In this document: piece by piece, positions 40,198 through 57,221 of the stretch | How positions within the stretch are numbered: position 1 is the first letter of the stretch | Layout of the letters: each line of letters begins with the position of its first letter | Source: Patescibacteria group bacterium | GTDB lineage: Bacteria; Patescibacteriota; Patescibacteriia; SG8-24 | Direction: 5' to 3' | Length of the DNA: 64,000 nt | NCBI GenBank assembly: GCA_041667185.1 | Contig: JBAYFM010000007.1 | Span: 4,296-68,295, forward strand | Translations under genes and position numbers: made by a program | The notes under the pieces: generated by a model | Seen by the model: only the letters and a program-made list of their open reading frames with translations | Told to the model about the DNA's origin: nothing | Databases searched by the model: none

Positions 40198-40307
40198 AGT
40201 AAATAGAAATGAAAGATCCTCACCTAGCATGAGGATTTTTTGTATAAGAATTATAAAAGCGGCCCCTCCATGGAGGGGCCGCGTTGCGGTCTGATAAAGA
40301 TCCGGAC

Positions 40308-41525
40308 TCACTTGCTGCCAGGAGACAGCAGAACGGGACGGTGCTTGCGGTACAATCCGGGCTTGTTGAACTCATCCACGCGAAACATGAGTTCGTCACC
40401 GGGTTCGACTTCTCCGCCTTCGATGGCGTTGGCGAGCGGCAGCGCGACATGCTTGTTCACGATCTGCTGCAGTTCGCGCAAGCCGTACTCGCGGCTCACG
40501 CCTTCGTCGAGCAGGAACTCCTTGTAGCCGTCGCTGAAGCGGAGCTGCACCGGAACATTATTCGCCGCGACGCCGGTGAGCTTATCCTGCTCCTTCTTGA
40601 GCATGAGTTCGAGCACCCTGGCACTCTGTTCTCGATCGAGCGACCGGAAGACGATGATGTTGGTCCGGATGCGGCCGACGAACTCCGCGGGGAAGAACTT
40701 GTAGATGAGCTTCGACGTCTCCGTGTAGATGGCGGCATCGATCTCATCGGCATTGTCCTTTTCCGATCTCGTCGGCGGACGCAGACCGATCGTCTTGTCG
40801 TTTCCCGACAAGAGCTCGTTCGAACGCTGGCCGCCGATGTTGCAGGTCAGCATGATGACCGAACTCGAGAAGTCGGTGATGTCGCCGTTCGCTAGCGAAA
40901 GGCGACCGCCGTCGATGATGCGCAAAAGCGCGTTGTGCACCGTCCGGTGGGCTTTCTCGATCTCGTCGAACAATACCACGGACAAGTAGGGCTTGTTCCG
41001 CTGGTAGAATTCCGCGAGGAGACGCTCCATCTTCTTCGCATCCAAGTCCGGATCGACGCCATTCAGATTGGCGCGCACATGCTCGCGCCACTTCATCCAG
41101 AAATGAAAATCATCGATCTTCATCTGAGCCAGCTTGGGCGTGCCGTCGAAACCGACGTAACCCGGAGGCGAACCGATGAGTTCGGCGAGCTGATGATGCT
41201 CGGTGAACGTGGTGCAGTCGATGAACGTGAGCGGCGCATCCGCCTGATCGGCGATGAGCGCACGAGCCAATTCCTGGGCCATGAGCGTCTTGCCGACGCC
41301 GGTGGGACCAGCGAAGATGACCGCGTTGATCGGCTTCACCTGATCCTTGAGGCCGGCATGATAGATGGCAAAACTGCGGGCCAGACGTTCAGCCGCGCGA
41401 TCCTGGCCGATGACTCGGCTCGTCAGGAAGTCGTAGATCCGCTTCGTCTTGGGACCGAAAGCGTCCGACGAGACGTGCTCGGTGAACAGGCTTTCATCAT
41501 GAGCGAGCAGAGGTTTGGTGGACAT
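40308..41525 (-). CDS. Single-module ClpA/ClpB-like AAA+ ATPase (D2 plus small domain only)
   Basis: RVIGQDRA, GPTGVGKT, LIGSPPGYVG, VLFDEIEKAH, FPAEFVGRI, YGLREL. Confidence 0.9.
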   Translation of the reverse strand: MSTKPLLAHDESLFTEHVSSDAFGPKTKRIYDFLTSRVIGQDRAAERLARSFAIYHAGLKDQVKPINAVIFAGPTGVGKTLMAQELARALIADQADAPLTFIDCTTFTEHHQLAELIGSPPGYVGFDGTPKLAQMKIDDFHFWMKWREHVRANLNGVDPDLDAKKMERLLAEFYQRNKPYLSVVLFDEIEKAHRTVHNALLRIIDGGRLSLANGDITDFSSSVIMLTCNIGGQRSNELLSGNDKTIGLRPPTRSEKDNADEIDAAIYTETSKLIYKFFPAEFVGRIRTNIIVFRSLDREQSARVLELMLKKEQDKLTGVAANNVPVQLRFSDGYKEFLLDEGVSREYGLRELQQIVNKHVALPLANAIEGGEVEPGDELMFRVDEFNKPGLYRKHRPVLLSPGSK

Positions 41526-41761
41526 GATCTGCCTCCCTAGCTGACGGTTGCGAAATCCGGACACCGGATCCGATTTTATATGTCAACGAACACATTTATC
41601 CGCTGGCCTCATCTAAACAAAAAGGAGCAGAAAGGTCAATATCCGCTCGGACAACGATTTTTTGGCCCAACCCTGCGAAAATATCACTTGCGATAGCCAA
41701 TCAAACTAGGCCGCCGGCAAGGACCGATCCGCGCTTTCATGCCGACGCCACGGATCAACTT

Positions 41762-43009
41762 TCACCCGACTGGCTGGATCAACGGTATCTTTCTATTGCC
41801 CGCGAATACCAGCGCACCATCTCTCTTCATGGCTATCAGATTCTGCCAGGCCAGCCAGGCAATCACCGCCAGCAGAAGACCACTCGCGAACTTGTAGGTC
41901 CAGGCGAAAGGATCCAGACCGAACAGGATCGGAAATTGCAGATAGGCTGTCAGGCCCAACAAGACCAGCGCGACCGTTTCCCGCTTATCAGAGACTAGGA
42001 CAGCGAGCGGTATGAACCACACGACCCACTGCGGCGAAACAAAACGGTTGAAAAGCATGAACGGCAGCAGCAGGAACAGACAGGCGCGGATGAAAGCCTT
42101 CGCGTCAGCGATCCGACCGAAGACCAGCAGAAAAATGAAAGGAATGAACTGCAACAAGGAGAATATTCCGGCCAGGATGACCGCGAACCAAACGGAACCG
42201 CCGCCGAGGAAACTGGCCGCCCACAAGCTGATGTCGCCGAGCGAACCGATCTCAAAAGTCCGTCCCAGGTGGAACAGGATCGGCGACAGGAAAGCGTCCG
42301 GACCAGCCCAGATCAGGATGCCGCCGAGGAGGACGACCGGCGCCGCCGCTGCCGCCACCAGGACGCGGCGGCGGCCAGGCTCCGAACTGGACCCGGCCGC
42401 GCTCTGCGCCGCCAGCATGAGCAGCGGCAAAAGAAAGAAAGCTGGATAAAATTTGACCAGACCGCCCAGGATCAGCCAGAGAGCCGCTAGGACGCGACGA
42501 CCCCTGATCACTTCATGCGCCGCCGCGGCGACGAGCACCGCCGGCAGGATATCGAAACGCCAGACTGAAAAATAGATGACCCCGGGGAGAAAAAACAACC
42601 ACAAGTATTTAAGCGGCCGTCCGAGCGAAATGAGGATCTTCCCCGTGAGCCAGACCAGCAAGCCGAACAGAATACTCGTCAACAGAGCGAAAATATCCTG
42701 ATAGATGAAAGGGTTGGAAGTGAACAGCCGCGGCAAGGCCAGGAATAAGACGCCGGCCGGCGGATATTCCTGCGGCGACGCCGCGCTGTACGGACGGCCG
42801 CCGTCAGCCAGCCATTGGCCGCGTTCGAAATAAACTCGCATCTCCTGCTCGTCCCGCAAGAGCCGCAGACCGGAATCAAAAAATTCGCCATCGGAAAAAA
42901 GCGCCGGCGGAAGCAGTAGTCCGACCAGGGAAAAAACGAGGGCGAACAAAAAAGCCGCCGCGCCCCAATAACGAAGCTGAGCGGCGAGCGCGGCGCGATC
43001 ATTCATCAT
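41762..43009 (-). CDS. GT-C membrane glycosyltransferase (GT87/DUF2029-like)
   Basis: PYS..EYPP, RFDILP, KFYP, SPQWVVW; many transmembrane helices. Confidence 0.78.
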   Translation of the reverse strand: MMNDRAALAAQLRYWGAAAFLFALVFSLVGLLLPPALFSDGEFFDSGLRLLRDEQEMRVYFERGQWLADGGRPYSAASPQEYPPAGVLFLALPRLFTSNPFIYQDIFALLTSILFGLLVWLTGKILISLGRPLKYLWLFFLPGVIYFSVWRFDILPAVLVAAAAHEVIRGRRVLAALWLILGGLVKFYPAFFLLPLLMLAAQSAAGSSSEPGRRRVLVAAAAAPVVLLGGILIWAGPDAFLSPILFHLGRTFEIGSLGDISLWAASFLGGGSVWFAVILAGIFSLLQFIPFIFLLVFGRIADAKAFIRACLFLLLPFMLFNRFVSPQWVVWFIPLAVLVSDKRETVALVLLGLTAYLQFPILFGLDPFAWTYKFASGLLLAVIAWLAWQNLIAMKRDGALVFAGNRKIPLIQPVG

Positions 43010-43521
43010 AGACGCGAGATCTTGGCCGCCAACCGACTGGTGTTCGCGAGCGTGATAGCAAGCGCAAGCGCGTCGGCGGCGTCGTCGGGCTTCGGTATTT
43101 CCTTGAGGCCGAGCAGGGCTTTGACCATGGCCTGGACCTGTTTCTTGCCGGCCGCGCCGTAACCGCTCACGGCGTCCTTGACCTCGCCGGGCGAGAACTC
43201 GCGGCACGGTATACCGCGCTCTTCGATGCAGAGCCTGATGACGCCGCGCGCTTCGGCGACGGCGATCGCGGTCTTCACATTCTTGGAAAAGAAAAGTTTT
43301 TCGATGCCGACCTCGGCCGGGCGATATTTATCCAGGAGCGCGCCGCAGTTCTCGTGCAGCCGCCGCAGCCGCTCGCCGCCCGGCATCCCGGCCGGCGTCT
43401 TCAGGCTGCCGTAAGCCAGACAACGCGGTCGGCCGGCCGACTGTTCGATCACGCCGAAACCGGCATCAGCGATGCCTGGATCGATCCCGATGAGCGTCAC
43501 AGACTCGGCCGAGACCGGCAT
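43006..43521 (-). CDS. ruvC: Holliday junction resolvase
   Basis: IGIDPG, EKLFFSKN, EARGV, KPDDAADALA. Confidence 0.96.
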   Translation of the reverse strand: MPVSAESVTLIGIDPGIADAGFGVIEQSAGRPRCLAYGSLKTPAGMPGGERLRRLHENCGALLDKYRPAEVGIEKLFFSKNVKTAIAVAEARGVIRLCIEERGIPCREFSPGEVKDAVSGYGAAGKKQVQAMVKALLGLKEIPKPDDAADALALAITLANTSRLAAKISRL

Positions 43522-43522
43522 A

Positions 43523-44245
43523 TCAGATGTCGACGTTATAATAGATATTGTTCACGTCCTCGTCGTCGTCCAAAGCTTCGAACAAGCCTTCCAGTTTGGC
43601 TTGCGCTTCGGGATCAGCCACAGCCAGCATCTCTTTGGGCAGCCATTCCAGGCCGGCGCCGACGACCTTCAGTCCGAGTTTGTCCGCCGCCTCGCGCAAT
43701 CCATTCAAAGCCTCGACCGGACCAGTGACGTCGAGCCCCTCGGCGTCGGCCGCGATATCCTCGGCTCCGGCGTCGATGAGCGCCAGCTCCTCGGCTTCGC
43801 CGAGCGGCTGAGCGCGCTCGATCCGCAAAACACTTTTCCGCACGAACATCCACAGCACCGATCCGGCGCTGCCGAGATTGCCGCCGTGGACCGACAGGAT
43901 ATGTTTGATGTTGGAGCTGGTGCGATTCCGGTTGCTGGTCAGAGCCTCGACCACGACCGCCGCGCCGCCCGGACCATAGCCTTCATAGGTGACCTCTTCG
44001 ATATTCTCGCCCTCCGCGCCGCCGCTGCCGCGCTTGATGGCCCGTTCGATATTGTCTTTGGGCATGCTGCCGGCCTGCGCCAGTTCGATGGCGGTCCGCA
44101 GTTTGAAATTGAAATTCGGATCGCTCCCGCCCTCGCGGGCCGCGACCGTGATGACACGGGCGAGCTTGGTGAAAACCGCGGCCCGTTTGGAATCAGTGGT
44201 GCCTTTCTGATGTTTGACCTTGGCCCATTTGGAATGTTTGGACAT
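43523..44245 (-). CDS. yebC: YebC/PmpR family protein
   Basis: HSKWAKVKHQKG, MPKDNIERAI, YEGYGPGG, DDDEDVNNIY. Confidence 0.96.
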   Translation of the reverse strand: MSKHSKWAKVKHQKGTTDSKRAAVFTKLARVITVAAREGGSDPNFNFKLRTAIELAQAGSMPKDNIERAIKRGSGGAEGENIEEVTYEGYGPGGAAVVVEALTSNRNRTSSNIKHILSVHGGNLGSAGSVLWMFVRKSVLRIERAQPLGEAEELALIDAGAEDIAADAEGLDVTGPVEALNGLREAADKLGLKVVGAGLEWLPKEMLAVADPEAQAKLEGLFEALDDDEDVNNIYYNVDI

Positions 44246-44685
44246 ATGAGAAGTTGGGGAGTTGGGAAGTGCTGGAGTGCGGGAGTCCTGAAGATTTGAA
44301 ATCAAGCTTCAGCACTCCAGTACTTCAAAACTTCTGCACTTCAGAAAAAGTTGAGGAGTTGGGAAGTGCGGGAGTGCTGGAGTGACGAAGACATCTTGTC
44401 TACCCAACTCCCTCACTTCCGCACTCTCCAACTCCTAAAGAGTCTACCACTTGCCCTAAATTCGCTCAATATAGCCCCGATACAAGCCCGACAAAATGCT
44501 CTTTTTAAAGCAGCATCCGAAGACGGAGCCGCTTGGTAGCTCGGACTGGCTAAGAAGTTGGGAAGTGCAGGAGCACTCCAGCACTCCAGCACTCCAGCAC
44601 TCCAGCACTCCGAAGTATAACCAAAACCCCGCCTGGTGAGGGCGGGGTTCGGCGGTTTTTCCAACCTTGATATTTTCTCTTCGGC

Positions 44686-48609
<3,924 letters not shown>

Positions 48610-48633
48610 ATGCGGGATGATCAAGGCAATGAA

Positions 48634-52155
<3,522 letters not shown>

Positions 52156-52463
52156 AGGCAGTGCGATGGGTTACCTGGCTAATTTTTTCGAAATAATGTT
52201 TAAGAACCTGAGTTTGGAAACCGGACGCGCCGGCGGATCCTGACTTCCATTTTCAGGGCCTCAAATTTTCGACGGCAGTAAAAAAACACCCCCCTGCCAA
52301 TTCTTTGGGCTTGAAATTGACTTCACGACAGGGGCGTTTATTGTTTCCGCTGGATCACGATTTTTTGTTGGCGAACATGGACTGTTCGACCGCGAATTTA
52401 TTGGCCAGATTGCGCGGAATTGCGCGCCGACCAACCCCCAAAAAGGGTAGCGGTGTTCCGAAT

Positions 52464-52493
52464 GAAGATAGCAAAGTTATGGCAATCCGTCAA
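52464..52493 (-). promoter_or_regulatory. Putative rpoBC promoter with ~300-nt leader
   Basis: TTGACG-N17-TATCTT with TG extension. Confidence 0.55.
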
Positions 52494-52845
52494 GGCCAAG
52501 AGGCATAATTTTGTCAACTTGACAGATCGACCTGATAATAAATTAGGCTAAAAATGAATAAAATAAAGGCTTTACATATATAAATATCTGGTCCTGATTT
52601 ATCCACAAGCTGAGTTTTATTTTTCGCCTCCACGACCATCACTGGTCTTTTGTCCAGCCAGAGCGATTTTTGATGCGTTTCCGTAATTTTTTCCGGCAAC
52701 GGCGAGCTCCGGACAGTGTCAACGACGATTGACAAGAACGCCAAAATATGGTCTACTCAGCAGTCATCTGTTCTTTACAAAAGGTGACGCAACCATTATC
52801 AGGGGCAGGACGTTTTTGTCTCATCCCCAACCAAGGAGGAAGGCC

Positions 52846-53583
52846 ATGAGCCGAGAGTCCAGCAACACCGGTCGGGGTGAAGGCACCGCGACCACCGAAA
52901 CGTTCAAGTGCTGCACCGTGAACTGCGAGAACACCGGGACCGCCGAAAAGATGTTCAACGTCTCCCTCGACCCGGCCGCCGCCACCCGCGAGGAAATCCT
53001 CGCGAAGAAGGTGCGCTGCCAGGACTGCGCGGAAAAGATCTCCGCCGAGCGCGGCAAGCGTTTGCGCGAGCCCGGCTGCGGCGTCTACCCGCTCGTCCGG
53101 ACCCTCGCGAAGCTGACGGGTCATGATCCCATCAGCGCCCAGCGGCTGGATACCATCCGGTGGGTCGAGGCCAAGAAGCAGGAGCGCGAAGCCGCCCGCC
53201 ACGCAGCGGACCGCCAGCAGCGCATCGAGAATGCTCGCCTCAACCGCGAGGAGATCATCCGCCGCTACGCCCGGGACTACGTCCAGATGGCGTACAACGC
53301 CGACCTGGCGCAGTTCCCCGCCGCGAGACACAACGAGCACCACGACCAACTGGTCTGCGGACTGCCAGTCAACTGTTGTCGCCACGACCTTCCAGCCGAC
53401 CGGTTCATCACCGTCTTCGGCGAGGTCGTCGGCATCTGTCGGCTGGCGGCCCAGGTGTTCCTTGAGACGTTCAAGGAATTGGATGACGGCAGCGAATCTG
53501 CGCGCCGCCTGCTTTCCACGCGCGACCCCGAATCCGCCGGACATTTCGCGGACGAGTGGGCCGGCGAAAACCAGGACGAGTAG
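52846..53583 (+). CDS. Cys-rich hypothetical protein (245 aa), possibly Zn-binding
   Basis: TTGACA promoter, GTTCTTTACAAA, AAGGAGG SD; CCTVNC..CQDC and CGLPVNCC..C. Confidence 0.75.
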   Translation: MSRESSNTGRGEGTATTETFKCCTVNCENTGTAEKMFNVSLDPAAATREEILAKKVRCQDCAEKISAERGKRLREPGCGVYPLVRTLAKLTGHDPISAQRLDTIRWVEAKKQEREAARHAADRQQRIENARLNREEIIRRYARDYVQMAYNADLAQFPAARHNEHHDQLVCGLPVNCCRHDLPADRFITVFGEVVGICRLAAQVFLETFKELDDGSESARRLLSTRDPESAGHFADEWAGENQDE

Positions 53584-53677
53584 CTTCCTGATGAGATGAG
53601 ATAGGATGATCCGGCGGCGGTGCGACCGATCTTGGCCGCGCCGCCGCATCCACCCTCACCCAGCAAAGGCGGTCTTC

Positions 53678-53803
53678 ATGTCATATCTGATGACAACCGG
53701 TCGCTTCCTGGTCCAGGCCATCATCGCTCTCGCTCTGCCGGGAGGGCTCGTCGTGGTCGGCGCCTGCCACTTGGTACGTCGCTACCGGAAGCGTCACCGC
53801 TAA
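53678..53803 (+). CDS. Small single-TM peptide (41 aa)
   Basis: Hydrophobic core then basic tail RRYRKRHR; AAAGGCGG upstream; terminator after. Confidence 0.45.
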   Translation: MSYLMTTGRFLVQAIIALALPGGLVVVGACHLVRRYRKRHR

Positions 53804-53977
53804 AGAAAATCCCGCTTCGACAAAATGAGAACCCGCCTGATGGGTTCTCTTTTTTTGACGCGGCGACAAGATTGAACGTCGAAAAAAATAAAAGCCCGGG
53901 AAACCCGAGCTTTAACGAAAGCGTTGATTCGGACTCCGAGAGCGATCTCAAACATCCGCGCGAGGAGACTGATGGCG

Positions 53978-54139
53978 CTATTTGTCAGGCCGCGCGAAAC
54001 CCAAGCAGTTCACGAGGATGATCAGCGAAGCGGCGATCACGCCGACTGCCAGACCGTAGCCAAGCGTTTTGTGCAGGATCAGGGGGTAACAAACCAGATT
54101 GCCAGCTAATGTCCCCAATACCAAAGGCCAATTAATCAT
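53978..54139 (-). CDS. Small two-TM membrane protein (53 aa)
   Basis: TTGACG promoter, AGGAGAGG SD, two hydrophobic segments. Confidence 0.6.
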   Translation of the reverse strand: MINWPLVLGTLAGNLVCYPLILHKTLGYGLAVGVIAASLIILVNCLGFARPDK

Positions 54140-54387
54140 GATTACCTCTCCTCTGTCGAAGTCGAAAGAAGGAACAGTGGGTACTTTAACCGGTGGCGTG
54201 CAAACGTCAAGTAAGGGAGAGACGGAGATACGGAGAGACGGAGTCACGTCGTTCGCGAGCGACGTGATGTGACGTGATCAAGGAATGATGAAGCACTCCA
54301 GCACTCCAGCACTACCCTTTTAACAACCCCTCGGGTATACTTAAAAACACATCCGAACCTTGCAGCCATCATCAAAAGTTCGCGGCC

Positions 54388-54628
54388 AAATCCGTCAGGA
54401 AGGCTGCGGATCCGGTTAAGCACGATCGGCATTGAGACCCGAATGCGGTCCGACACCGACGGTCTTTCCGCCCTTGTGGCGGATACTCATCAGGCGATCT
54501 TTCGCCAGCTGACATTGTCCAGAGGTCTCAGACCATTCTCCCCGTCTCGGGGAGCGATCTTTCATCATTCCCGTCTCGGCACGAATCGAACAGCTTTTTC
54601 TGGACTCGCAGCCTTCCGGGCGGATTTT
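54388..54628. ncRNA. Candidate ~240-nt structured RNA
   Basis: 21-bp closing stem 54388-54408/54607-54627 with nested helices and no convincing ORF. Confidence 0.4.
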
Positions 54629-54986
54629 GTTAACGTCCAAAATTTCCAAGCGCCGCCGCAGGCGGTGAGCAGGAAATTTTGTGACAGTTAACAACCCCTC
54701 ACCGCGTCGCGCGACCGGGACGGAGGACGACGTGCGGGAAGCCGAATAAGGCGTTGCCGCGAGACCGATCTGTGGGCCGGCAAGCGCAAACTTCGGACGC
54801 GGTGATGGAGTAACGTCCAAAATTTCCAAGCAACACCAGTTGGCTGTGGCCCATGACCAACAGCTAATAGCCAATGGCTAATCGGACTGGCCCGCATTTT
54901 CTTAAAATGCTATCATTTTGAGGCCTAATGGAGCTTATAATGGCACCGACCCGACATTTCAGCTAACAAGCAAGCTCCGCCTCCTT

Positions 54987-57221
54987 ATGTCCAAGAACAA
55001 CCGCGCGAAAAAGAACGGTTCCAAACCCAAACGCCGCGAACCCAGCGCTCCGAAAATCAACCCGCTGGCCAAAAAAGAACTGGCCGCGCTCTTCCTGTTC
55101 GTCGTCTCTGTCATCTGCTTGTTGTCTTTCTTTGATCTCGCCGGCGCGGCTGGCCGTGGTATCGACTCTTTCTTCGCGGCGCTGTTCGGCATTGATAAAT
55201 TCCTCATTCCCTTCGTCGTTCTCGGCCTCGCCGGCCGCATCGTTTTCCCGGAAAAATTCTCCTTCCGCCTGCCGACCTGGCTCGGACTCTTCCTGTTCGT
55301 GACCGGCTGGGGCGGACTCCTCGACGTGATCATGTTCCGCACCGTCGACGCCATCCTGATCGTCGACAACGTTTCGCGCGCCGGCGGTTTCGCCGGACTG
55401 CTCCTGGCCTACCCGCTGCTCGCGGTCGCCGGCTTCTGGGCCGCGCTGATCATCCTGGTCATGACCGTCATCATCGCGCTCGTACTCACTTTCAACGTCT
55501 CGTTGCACGAACTTTCCGCGAAACTCGCCGGCGTCCGCCATCTGTCCTGGCCCTGGCCTTTCGGACACCGGATCCCGGCCGACCCGGGCGCGCCAGCCAT
55601 TGAACCGGCCGGAGAATTCAAGAAACGCCAGCTGAACCAGTCCGAAACGGACGGGGAAACCGCTGTCACTACTCCCCGCGAAGCCAAGTACGCCGAACCG
55701 CCGGTCAAACTCAGAAAAAAATATCCGCCGGTCGCCGTCCCGACCGACCTGCTGGAGAACCGTTTCGAAAAACCGACCGCCGGCGACATCAACGGCCGCC
55801 TGAACGTCATCAAAAAAACGCTGGAGAATTTCGGCATCCCCGTCGAGATGGGCGAATTCAGCGTCGGTCCGACCGTCACCCAGTTCACTCTGAAGCCGGC
55901 CGAGGGCATCAAACTGACGCGCATCACCTCGCTCTCGAACGACCTGGCGCTGTCCCTGGCCGCCCACCCGATCCGCATCGAAGCGCCGATCCCGGGCAAG
56001 TCGCTCGTCGGCATCGAAGTGCCGAACCAGACCGTCGCGGTCGTGGGTCTCCGCGAAGTCCTCGAATCCAATGCCTTCCAGACCCGCCGCACCAACCTGA
56101 CCGTCTGTCTCGGCAAGGACGTCTCCGGCAAACCCTGGGTCGCGGACCTCGGCAAGATGCCGCACCTGCTCGTCGCCGGCGCCACGGGTTCGGGCAAGAC
56201 CGTCTGTCTGAACTCCGTCATCCTCTCGCTCCTCTATCAGAACAGCCCCGACGACCTGCGGCTGATCCTCATCGATCCGAAGCGCGTCGAGATGCCGGTC
56301 TACAACGGCGTCCCACACCTACTCACACCAGCCATCACCGAAGTACCGAAGATCATCAACGCCCTCAAATGGTGCATCCGCGAAATGGACCGCCGCTTCG
56401 AACTCCTGTCGCAGAAAGGCTGCCGCGACATCGGCGCCTACAACTCTCGCGTCGATGAAAAAATGCCTTACATCGTGGTGCTCATCGACGAGCTCGCCGA
56501 CCTCATGGTCGCTTCGGCCTCCGAGGTCGAAGCCTCGATCATCCGCCTGGCCCAGATGGCCCGCGCCGTGGGCATTCACCTGATCGTCGCCACGCAGCGC
56601 CCGTCGGTCGACGTCATCACCGGCCTCATCAAAGCGAACATCACGAGCCGCATCGCATTCTCCGTCGCTTCCGTGACCGACTCGCGCACCATCCTCGACA
56701 CGGCCGGCGCCGAAAAACTCGTCGGCCGCGGCGACTCCCTCTTCCAGACCCCGGAACTCTCGAAACCGAAACGCATCCAGTGCTGCTATGTGAGCGACTC
56801 CGACACGCGGCGCGTCGTGGATTTCCTGATCTCCAAACTCGAGGAGCCGGCCGATTACGACGACACCGTGACGGCCAAGCCCGGCCACGGCGGTCCGAAC
56901 GGCAACGGCGGCATGGATTTCGGCTATAACAACGACGGAGACGACGAATTATTGGACGAAGCCAAGGAAACCGTGGTCAAAGCCGGCAAAGCCTCGGCCT
57001 CTTATCTCCAGCGCCGCCTGAAGATCGGCTACGCTCGCGCCGCCCGACTCTTGGATTTGCTCGAAGAAAGGGGTATCATTGGCCCTGGAGACGGCGCGAA
57101 GCCGCGCCAAGTGCTCGTGACCCCGATCAACGATGTTGACGGCGTCCATGTCATTGATCCGGAGGATAAGGAGGAAACCTCCGCTGAAGCTGATGAAGAC
57201 GACCAAAGCGAACAATCCTGA
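54987..57221 (+). CDS. ftsK: DNA translocase FtsK/SpoIIIE
   Basis: N-terminal TM region, HLLVAGATGSGK, IDELADLM, ATQRPS, gamma domain LQRRLKIGYARAAR. Confidence 0.97.
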   Translation: MSKNNRAKKNGSKPKRREPSAPKINPLAKKELAALFLFVVSVICLLSFFDLAGAAGRGIDSFFAALFGIDKFLIPFVVLGLAGRIVFPEKFSFRLPTWLGLFLFVTGWGGLLDVIMFRTVDAILIVDNVSRAGGFAGLLLAYPLLAVAGFWAALIILVMTVIIALVLTFNVSLHELSAKLAGVRHLSWPWPFGHRIPADPGAPAIEPAGEFKKRQLNQSETDGETAVTTPREAKYAEPPVKLRKKYPPVAVPTDLLENRFEKPTAGDINGRLNVIKKTLENFGIPVEMGEFSVGPTVTQFTLKPAEGIKLTRITSLSNDLALSLAAHPIRIEAPIPGKSLVGIEVPNQTVAVVGLREVLESNAFQTRRTNLTVCLGKDVSGKPWVADLGKMPHLLVAGATGSGKTVCLNSVILSLLYQNSPDDLRLILIDPKRVEMPVYNGVPHLLTPAITEVPKIINALKWCIREMDRRFELLSQKGCRDIGAYNSRVDEKMPYIVVLIDELADLMVASASEVEASIIRLAQMARAVGIHLIVATQRPSVDVITGLIKANITSRIAFSVASVTDSRTILDTAGAEKLVGRGDSLFQTPELSKPKRIQCCYVSDSDTRRVVDFLISKLEEPADYDDTVTAKPGHGGPNGNGGMDFGYNNDGDDELLDEAKETVVKAGKASASYLQRRLKIGYARAARLLDLLEERGIIGPGDGAKPRQVLVTPINDVDGVHVIDPEDKEETSAEADEDDQSEQS

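Noticed and set aside
39650-41525. Prophage or integrative island at tRNA-Gly
   Set aside because: tRNA 3' duplications are only ~260-290 bp apart, with no integrase or phage genes
52510-52625. Replication origin (AT-rich tract plus TTATCCACA at 52599)
   Set aside because: Only one clear DnaA box, and no dnaA/dnaN nearby
54455-54495. Hammerhead ribozyme core (minus strand CTGATGAG...GAAA)
   Set aside because: Stem II does not close directly onto GAAA, and no matching stems I/III or cleavage triplet were found
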